Made by a program: the position numbers and the translations under genes. From NCBI GenBank assembly GCA_021432655.1, contig MU271202.1, positions 151,127 to 171,126 of the forward strand: a stretch of 20,000 nucleotides of DNA, read 5' to 3'. Below the pieces are notes generated by a model. That model was not told where the DNA came from. It did not search any database and was given only the letters and a program-made list of their open reading frames with translations. Source of the stretch: Atractiella rhizophila (taxonomy: Eukaryota). Of this stretch, positions 11,950 to 20,000 are shown in pieces; the stretch's first letter is position 1, and each line of letters begins with the position of its first letter.

Positions 11950-12633
11950 TTAACGAAACAGTTGCGGGAGAATGCCAGAACGGCTGGTAGGTATCACAAA
12001 ACGAGGATATTTACAGAAAATTGACACAGAATCGGCAGATATGATGCTCTGTCCCAGCGTCGTTAGTGTTGTGCGTATCGAGGAAAGCGACTAGCGTACC
12101 TTCCACAAGTCATCGCTCTTAACCATAATACATTCCTTTCATATGCTGCGACAAAGACTTCCTTCTCTTCCCATCCGATGCTGCAGAGTCTTCACTCTTC
12201 CTGGGCCTTCGAACACAAACCATGAGTTAACACTTGAAGCCATAATGACATGAATGGACATACAAGATTCCGAAGACTTTATCCTTGTTGTTCTTATAGT
12301 CGTCTGAACCCTTGATCTCGTCCATCTTCTGCTGGAACGATTTGGATGAACCTGAAGACGATTTGTCCTGCTTGCGTGGCCTATTTTTCCCAAATAAGGA
12401 GAAGCTCCGGCTAGAGATAAAGCCACCAAGGATAGACTTACACAGCGGCCTTGACTTTATCCTTAAAGGTAGACGACGTGGATGCAGGCTCCTTCTTCTT
12501 GTTAGGACTATATACGAGATAATTGTCAAAATGCAGAAAATGATAAGGGATGGTCTTACAGCGATGACATGACCTTGTTCTTATAAACACCCATCTTCTC
12601 CTGCCAAGTATCTTTCCTTGCTGAAGTACTCAT
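11950..12633 (-). CDS. Small Lys/Ser-rich hydrophilic orphan protein with exon-delimited repeats (3' end uncertain)
   Basis: Exons 12633-12560, 12507-12442, 12380-12264 and 12206 onward, with phase-2 introns of 52, 61 and 57 nt (donors GTAAGA, GTAAGT, GTATGT), give an open frame. The stop is TAG at 12093-12091 if no further splicing, or TAA at 11952-11950 if intron 12099-12049 is spliced. Confidence 0.7.
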
Positions 12634-13066
12634 CTGTTTGATTTCTTCCTGTTGCTGGTGTTGTTTAATTTACGATTTGTTCTGGAAGTAGGGAAGGGAG
12701 ATTGATCCCTCTCTTTTAAAGGCTGACAATGAGGCAACGATGACGTAACTTCGAGGCACAAATCCGGCGAAGAGGGCGAGCAAATTCCAACAAAGTTTCG
12801 ACGAAGTTCGCGAACAGTAGATACGCCTAGGCAAGGGTGCAGGAGCAGGAAGAGGGAGGTTTGTAAGAAGGAAACATTCCTTCACGGCTCAGCAATTTGT
12901 CATTAACTTACGGTAGGATTCAAGCATTTCGGTGGGCTGTAAAGTAGGCTCATGCTCGCCTCTCACATAATGTGGACCTCTGATGGTGAGACAAAGTGCA
13001 TGATGAGTTATGTCATCATGAGATAATGAGGAGAATCCGCAATAATGACAGCTTCGACTTGCCATA

Positions 13067-13080
13067 TTGATCACGTGATC
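13067..13080. promoter_or_regulatory. Palindromic E-box GATCACGTGATC in divergent promoter
   Basis: Perfect 12-bp palindrome at 13069-13080 containing the bHLH motif CACGTG, roughly midway between the ATGs at 12633 (minus) and 13504 (plus). Confidence 0.4.
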
Positions 13081-13503
13081 CCAGTGGAAGGTGTCAATGC
13101 AGTATTGCAACTTCACTGACAGCATCAGATGCCTTCAAAAGTACAAGGTAAGTAGGCGATAAGTTCATCCGACAACTCCAAGGTGGAGGAATTCATCGGT
13201 TTATGCTTGTGATTCCTAGTTTTGCATCCTTGCGCAACCAATCTCAGAGGCTGGGAACACGCACCCGCAAGCTTCATTAATAAGTCATTAAACAGTCCCT
13301 CAGTCACCCTTCTGATTTCTCTACCCGACGACAAAAGGCAACTTCGTTGTTTTTGGATGGACTTGTTCAACTTCGTTCGTCAAACTTTAAAATTTCTTCA
13401 CCTGCTTAATTTCGAACCAAGATCTCCTCCACCTCCTGCACTTCGGCAGCTCCTGCTCCCTCATCTTCCCCATAACCCAGCTCCCACTCTTACGCACAAA
13501 ATT

Positions 13504-16500
13504 ATGACACGACCAGCTCAGTCGCGCTCGTCAAGCGCGCATTCTGTTAAGTCAAACGGTGGACGCCGTTCAGCGATGGGGATGCGCGTCGATGATGAGC
13601 GACAACTCGACTTTTGTAATGCCTTTTGGAACCCAGGGGGGGTGGAGAATCTGTTGGATAGGATGAAGGGCGGGGGGAAAGTACTTAATGAACTGGGAAA
13701 GTGGTTTGATGAACGGTAGGTCCAGTCCCACAACTTGTTATGGGCGGCTCGGTCGCATGATAATGAAGCGGGAGCTTTGTGGCACCACTCTGCTGCATAG
13801 AATATCTCTTCGATTGCTCCCAATAGCTAGTTTACCTTTTTTCTGCGCGTCAAGCGGTTTGTCTTAGCCTTGTTTCATGGTCACCGCCGTCCATTAGTGC
13901 TGGAGGTGCGCGACTTGTACTGTTCGCATGAGCGCGTCTTTCGCTTCCACTCTGGTGTCTTGCATACTGTTCCTCATTTCTGCTTATCATACGACTGGCT
14001 CGAAATATTTGCGAATCACCAATCGTAAATGTCTCCGCGGCAGTTTGCAGAATCTGGCATGCAAAATCACGCGCCCAGACCTTCATTGCATCATGAACAT
14101 CTATGTCGGCTTTTTATTGTCCAAGAGTGTCTACCTCATTCACTTCCAACGCTGATAACATGTCACCGTCAGCGCCTCGATAGAGGAAGATTATGCCAAA
14201 CGCCTACACAAACTTTCAAAGAACACTCTGGGTTCGCACGAGATCGGAACGCTCAAAAGCGCATTTGATCACGTCCGCACCGAACTTGCACATTATGCTC
14301 AGTCCCATCTCGAGCTCGCGAAAATCATCAAGACACAACTCGAAGGTGGAGTAAAGGGTTTTGCGAACCGGAGAGAAGAGGTGAAGAAGGCGCCGCAGCA
14401 GGGAATAGAGAAGAGTTACAAGCTGAAAAGGACACAGGAAGATCTGGCTTTCAAAGTGGGTTTCAAGGTTCTTGCTATGTTTAAGCGCTCATGTGATCGT
14501 ATGTGAAAAGGCTAGAAAGAAGTTTGAGGACGATTGTATTACGATTAACGGATTGACGGCCCAGACGAGTTTGATTCAAGGAAGGGACCTGGATAAGGTG
14601 GGAGCTAAATTGGATAAAGTCAATCAGACGGTGCAGGTCAATGGTTAGTTCGCGTTCCTGCTCAGAAGTTGGATTGACACGTTAGAACAGAGAAGGAATA
14701 TTCGACCCATATCAGCGCGCTTAAAGACTCAACTTTCAAGTGGAATATGGATTGGAAGAGTTTCTGCGACGTGGGTCATCTCCTCTCGAGCAGATTAGCT
14801 GACGCTGAGGGGGATTCTGCAGTTGTGTCAGGATTTGGAGGAGGAACGAGTGGACTTCGTGAAGGTCGTCTTATGGGATTACGCGAATGCGATTTCTACC
14901 GTCTGCATAGCGGACGATGAGGTACGTTATGGCATTTCTCCCTAGGTTCAGACTGATAATGAATGGAAAAGTCTTGTGAACGTGTACGGGTTGCCCTTGA
15001 AAATTGCGATACGGCACGAGACATTCGCCACTTCGTCCGACAACACGGGACAGGAAATGCGATTGATGGTTCTTTTCCGATTACATCTCACCTTCTGCAC
15101 TGACTTCTTATATCAGATCCACCACCATACATCAACTTTGCGAAAGGCGAAACAGTTCCCCTTAAGCCCACCTTCTCGCTGGCAAACTTCTCCCGCTCCT
15201 CTACGCACACAAAGGTGCAAACATCACTTACAGCAGTCCAAGACCTAGTAGCCGCCATCCGTTCCCGACCAAACACCCCCGCTCCCCCTCCCCCAGAACA
15301 ACCTACCGCTCCAATACCTCCCTCTTCTCCTGCTCCCCAACCATCGAAACCAGCTCAACCATACCCCATAAACACAGCACCGGTTCCCATCCAGCCGCCA
15401 CTGGAAGAAAGAAACGATATGTTCGATGACCTGCAAACACCTGTTGCGAACCCGAATCCGAGCCCGCCAGAGTTGGATAGAGGACGAAGCGATAGTGTGG
15501 TTTCTCGTGGAGCAACAATAGCGACTAAAGCGACCGTTGGCACGGGAACGCCCAACAAGGCGAATACGCCAATGGAAGCTATCCAAGCCGCTGTTGAGAG
15601 GGGCACCCCACAAGCTCAGCCTCAGCCTCAGATTCCGAAGGTTATACCTGCAGCTGCACCTCCGATGGGGAATCATAGGAGCCAGGAAAGTGTCGCCTCT
15701 GTTATCTCCGTTGCAAGTAACGCCAGTCGACCGGACCGTGCAGCTTCTCCCACGCCTTCGATTGTCAGCATGACCAGTGGAGTTGGAAGGTCGGGAAGCA
15801 AGAGGTATACTGTCGCGAGAGCTTCGGCGAGCGATATCAGACAAGCAGTAGGTGCTGCTACAGCCGGAAAATTGGAAGAGAAACCAGAAGAGGATGCTTT
15901 GGAGCAAGCACTGAAGAAATTGAAGGATGAAGCAGGAGTGAAACCACCACCCGGCGCCGTCGCACTCCCAGGAATGGCGGTCAGGACTTACAAGGGACCA
16001 GGAGGCGCAAAGACGAATGGAGTCGAGAGAGCCTCGTCGCCTTCGAAGCAACCTCAAATGGCGGGTCAACATGGGCATCCACACGCTTCCACATCCTCCT
16101 TCTCTGGTCCGTCGCCTACCCCTCCTCTGATTCCGAACCAGAACGGAAACGGAAACTACCAATCGTCCCCCGCTCCCGCCGTTCCTTATCAAGCCCATCC
16201 ATCGCAGCAGCCTCAACCTCCGCGTGCTCCATCTCCCATCGGCATCTCACTTGACGCCCACGGCCAAGTGAGAACAGACTCATATCCTACCTTGTCGCAA
16301 CAACCACAACTCTCTCAACCCCCGCCGCAATCCTATCCCTTCCGTCCTCAGAGCCAAGCCAACTACCTCCCTCAAATGCCTAGCTATCCTCAGTTCCCGA
16401 ACCCCTCAACACCAACCAATGGCTACACTTCGTCGAACATGTACAATCAACAGCCTCAGTACGGACAACCCCAGCATTATGGTCAGCCAACGTATCAGCA

Positions 16501-16840
16501 ACCGCAGTATCAGCCATACGCAATGCAGCAACAGCAGGCGCCAAGTCCAACACCAGCTCCTCAACGCCATCCGCCTACAGGGAATTATACTGATGATGGA
16601 CGTCCAATTATGTTCTATGTGAAAGCATCTTACGACTTTACGGGAGAAGAATCAACGGACTTGAAATTTTCGACTGGGGACATATTGGCGGTTGTGAAGA
16701 CATTAGAGGATGGTTGGTGGGAAGGTATGACTTTGATTTCTACTCCCTCATCATCTGCTGAATGAATGCTTGCAGGTCAAAAGGTTGGAGTAGAAGGAAC
16801 TGGAATGTTTCCATCCAATTTCGTCGCTCTCCTGGAGTAA
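13504..16840 (+). CDS. HOF1: F-BAR (FCH) + SH3 cytokinesis protein, Hof1/Cdc15/Imp2 family (8 exons)
   Basis: N-terminal FCH/F-BAR (DFCNAFW, LLDRMK, ERASIEEDYAKRLHKLSK, KFEDDCITING.TAQ.SLIQGRDLDK, CQDLEEERVDFVK..LWDYAN). Long Pro/Gln/Ser-rich linker. C-terminal SH3 (FYVKASYDFTG, DGWWEG, GMFPSNFV). Stop TAA at 16838-16840. Confidence 0.9.
13716..14172 (+). other. Unusually long (457 nt) first intron of the F-BAR gene
   Basis: Donor CG|GTAGGT, branch-like GCTGAT near 14151, acceptor GTCAG|C. Splicing restores the conserved ERASIEEDY sequence. Confidence 0.8.
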
Positions 16841-17074
16841 AGTTTACCATATCCTTCGTTTACGATACCCGTACCCATGGATAGCTCGTTCACGTTTATG
16901 TTCCCTTGTCCTTGCTTCGTGAGTTCATGCTGACTTCTTGTATGCTTTACTTTTACCTAAACTTCATGCGTGTGCATTGCCTGTTACTGACTACCTTACA
17001 ATGACAAATAATGCTTTGTTTTCTGGTGTGTGAGCTATCCGAGTGTCTATCCTCCAGTTACAAAGTTGGGAACT

Positions 17075-19024
17075 TCAACGATTCCCACATTCAACCTTAA
17101 GAATCGTCACCCCACTCTTCCCCCATCCCCAATCCCACATTTGATCAATTCTATCCATATCGACATGCACGCTTCTCAGCCCCAAACCATCCATTCCATC
17201 CTTCCACCCTTCCCCCTGTATCCGTGGCGGCCAAGCATCAACCTGCGCTAAGACGTATTCTGGAGCGACCAAGAGCGTCTGTTGCCCTTGCTGTCCATCT
17301 TGAGGCTGTGATAGAGGACAAAGAGTGGCGAATAGCTCTGTCTGTCCAGCACCAGCGAGGTCGGTCACACGGATGGATGAGCGGTCGTTCGAATGGGAAG
17401 AGGGAGGGAGAGTAGGGATCAGGAGGTGGCGTGGGGGCATGAATGTTTTCCAGAACACAACGTGAGTCCTTACCCCACTCACTCCGGAGCCATCGTGTCC
17501 CTGTCCCAGTGCTCGCGCTCGCAAGTGGTCGTTGATTCTGAACATGGCTGGTAATAAACCTCCTTGATGTGTGACCCCGAAGAGCGCGAGGACCGCCGCG
17601 AAGTGGAGGACGTGAACCACCTTCCCAGAGTGTCATTTCACATAGATCAAAATGAAGAAACTTGAGAGAACGAACCCAGTAAGCTGTTTTGGCGCGTCCT
17701 CGATAAGACCTCAACTCGTCCCCTACCCATAATGCACCAGGAACGAGGAGCGGGATCAGGAAGCGAGGCTCCTGGTGTTTGCCATATGAAAGCAACAACG
17801 TTCCACAAACTACGCTCCAGTGATACACTGGGTCCTCCAACCGTCACTTTTGCGCTGCTGTCAATGGAAGACTTACCGCGAGTCATCCCCTCCCCTCCCC
17901 ATGCAAAGATCAACATTTTGACAAGCATCACGGTCCACAGGACGCCAAAGAGGATGTGTCCGTTCACTAGAGCGTGTAACCAGCGCGGATGGAGGCCGTG
18001 TAGAGCTAAATTTGCTTCGTCCATATTATATTTGAGCAAGTTGAAAGGAGCAATGATCGCGAATGGGTTTGGACGCAATGTGCCAGTGAAGTAGTAGGTG
18101 TCTATAACGGAGAATGTGGCCGCAAAGAGGAAGTAGCTGAAGATGGCAGGGGTGATGAGTCGGAGGACATGCTTGGGACTGTAACCGGGAGAGACGTCGA
18201 GGATTCGAAATGCGATGGGAGCGTAAAAGGCGACAAAGGTCACCCTCGTCCATATGCCAAGCGCGACGACGGCTCCGAGGATGAAGAAGAGCGCGTTCCT
18301 CTTGCGCTTGGAGCAAGGGAAGCCCATACATTTGACGAGGAGAAAGGAGGCGGCAAGGAGAACGGTTTCGACGGTGTTGGAGAAAGAGCGGAGGAGGAAG
18401 GTGTAGGGGAGAGGGGACAGGAGGTAGAGCATCTTTTGGGTGCGTGAGGATGATAGCGAGAAGAATAGCGCATCTTTGCGGTTTTGAGTCAGTTGTGAGC
18501 TGTTTGGGATGGAGGACTGACCGAGGAGGAGTGAGAGGAGAAAGTAGAATAGCCGTTGGGCGAGGAATAAGGTGCGCGCTGAAGGTGCTGTAATTCCATA
18601 ATCATCAATTTATTTATCTTGCAACAACGGAGCTAAGCGTTATTGGAAATCATTATTTGAGAGAGAAAATACCTAGCAAACGAGATGGGGATGTAAGACG
18701 CACCTTCATCCCAGATCCTCAGCAGCGCAAACGCCGACCCTGTCGTCAAAGCTACGGGGACAACACTTCTAACCGGTCTGTCATCCGTCCATTCCCACGT
18801 CCTGACAAGTTGCCCAGCATTCTCTCCTGGGGTATTCAACACAGTTAGGGAAGTAGAGCTGGCAATGGAGACTCACCATAGTTGAAGATGTGGGCTGAGG
18901 ATATTTCTGCAGACTGGAAATATTCGTCTGGGTGGATGTAGGCGGAGGAGAAAGGGGCAAAGGCGAAGACGGCGCGGAGGATTAGCAGGGGGAGATAGAC
19001 TCGACGCGGGATTGGTTTTGGCAT
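17075..19024 (-). CDS. SMP3: GPI alpha-1,2-mannosyltransferase 4 (Smp3/PIG-Z, GT22 family; 6 exons)
   Basis: Motifs YIHPDEYFQS, TWEW...PVRSVVP, RSFSNTVET, NLLKYN...NLALHGLHPRWLHALVN, HQEPRFLIPL, FGVTHQGGLLP and FWKTFMPP; multiple TM segments. Stop TGA at 17077-17075. Confidence 0.9.
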
Positions 19025-19038
19025 TTGTTGTTTAAAAT

Positions 19039-19051
19039 TTGATCACGTGAT
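19039..19051. promoter_or_regulatory. E-box TTGATCACGTGAT immediately upstream of SMP3
   Basis: 13-mer identical to 13067-13079, located 15-27 nt upstream of the SMP3 ATG. Confidence 0.35.
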
Positions 19052-19295
19052 AATTCGGGAAGTAATTGCGTGAGCGGTTTCGTTTTGTGGAGTGAGAAAG
19101 GAGAGAGGATAAGAAAGGACAGGTTTATAGAAGCTAGGCCAGTTAGCGAGGTCACCGCTCGAGGGAGAGGGATTGCGGCATGACCATAGTTGAAAGTCTA
19201 AGTAATAGCCGATAATAGCCTTCCTCCATGATAGAGTTGGTTGGTCAAAAATACTATTGCAATGCGAGAGTGTCTATTACACTCAGTTACTATCA

Positions 19296-20000
19296 TTATG
19301 CTTGCGATTGCGTCTGCGACTGATGCCATTCTCTATCCAAAATGCCCTATGTCATCCACCATCGTCATTGAACACCAGCGGCAAAGGGATTAGGAATACA
19401 TACCATATAAACGTTATCCCACCACTTTCCTTCGCTCCACACAGCCTCTCTCCTCCTTCCCTCTTCCACAAATCCACTTGATTGCACGTCAGCCACCAAT
19501 ACAGTGTAAGGGAAGGGATTGAATAGGACGCACCACTTCTTGTAGATATGAATAGCGGCATCGTTCCATCCCGCCGTCTCGAGGATGACTTTTCTCTTGC
19601 ATCCCTTCACGCACGCAAAAACGAGTTAAATTTCAAGAGATGAGGAAAGCAGGTGAGACGGCGCACGACGATGAAGGCCCACTCGAGAGTCCAACGGGTC
19701 ATCTCCTGCGCATACCCCTTCCCGGTCTGGGAGGGAAAGATGATGATTCCGTACTCGACCGTTCGTGCATCCGGTGGGTGTTGGTCGTGCAATTCTACGC
19801 TTCCCACTGGCGTCTCGCCGTCGAAGGCAATCAAACTGCCGCCGATGGTTTAGATACTAATTGCTTCGGAGGGATGGAAGGACGAACTAGAGAAGACATT
19901 TCTTGTACACGTTCTCAATGGCTTTTTCCATCGATTCCTTTGACCTGGGCTTCGACAGCCACTTTCTATCCGCATGCTGTCAACCACCATCATTTCACTC
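19296..20000 (-). CDS. GNAT family (RimJ/RimL-like) N-acetyltransferase, 5' end outside the window
   Basis: Spliced exons give YLIAFDGETPVGSVEL, VEYGIIIFPSQTGKGYAQE (motif A Q/RxxGxG/A), WAF, WNDAAIHIYKKCGFVEEGRRREAVWSEGKWWDNVYMGILDREW. Stop TAA at 19298-19296. Confidence 0.88.

Noticed and set aside
15245..16216. 323-aa minus-strand ORF and other overlapping ORFs (313-657, 654-935, 17732-18447, 11203-11499)
   Set aside because: Antisense or alternate-frame shadows of GC-rich coding exons with no independent motifs.
18588..18703. Hidden micro-exon in the 116-nt second intron of SMP3
   Set aside because: Internal AG/GT combinations give out-of-frame exons or implausibly short introns; a single intron restores the frame.

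Overview
Gene-dense, intron-rich fungal genomic DNA, probably a basidiomycete (inferred from ~50-65 nt GT/GC-AG introns with CTRAY-like branch points and an alpha-aminoadipate-pathway LYS12 gene). The ORF track shows only exon fragments and antisense shadows, so I spliced the genes by hand. Nine protein genes result, eight on the minus strand: a Cys-free nucleoredoxin/thioredoxin-like protein with a C-terminal TM, a 20-exon cytochrome b5-acyl-CoA dehydrogenase fusion, a MYND zinc-finger protein, an aldehyde dehydrogenase, homoisocitrate dehydrogenase (LYS12), a small Lys/Ser-rich exon-repeat protein, an F-BAR/SH3 Hof1/Cdc15-type protein (plus strand), GPI mannosyltransferase 4 (SMP3) and a 5'-truncated RimJ/RimL-type GNAT. 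A spliced-looking relic lies at about 2.0-2.6 kb. No mobile element, CRISPR array, rRNA or credible tRNA was seen. The best leads are (i) the pseudo-thioredoxin carrying RVxF and SILK-like PP1-docking motifs plus a tail anchor, (ii) the one-repeat-per-exon orphan protein, (iii) a 457-nt intron with predicted stems in the F-BAR gene, and (iv) frequent AAG acceptors and GC donors. All family assignments come from motif recognition, not database searches.
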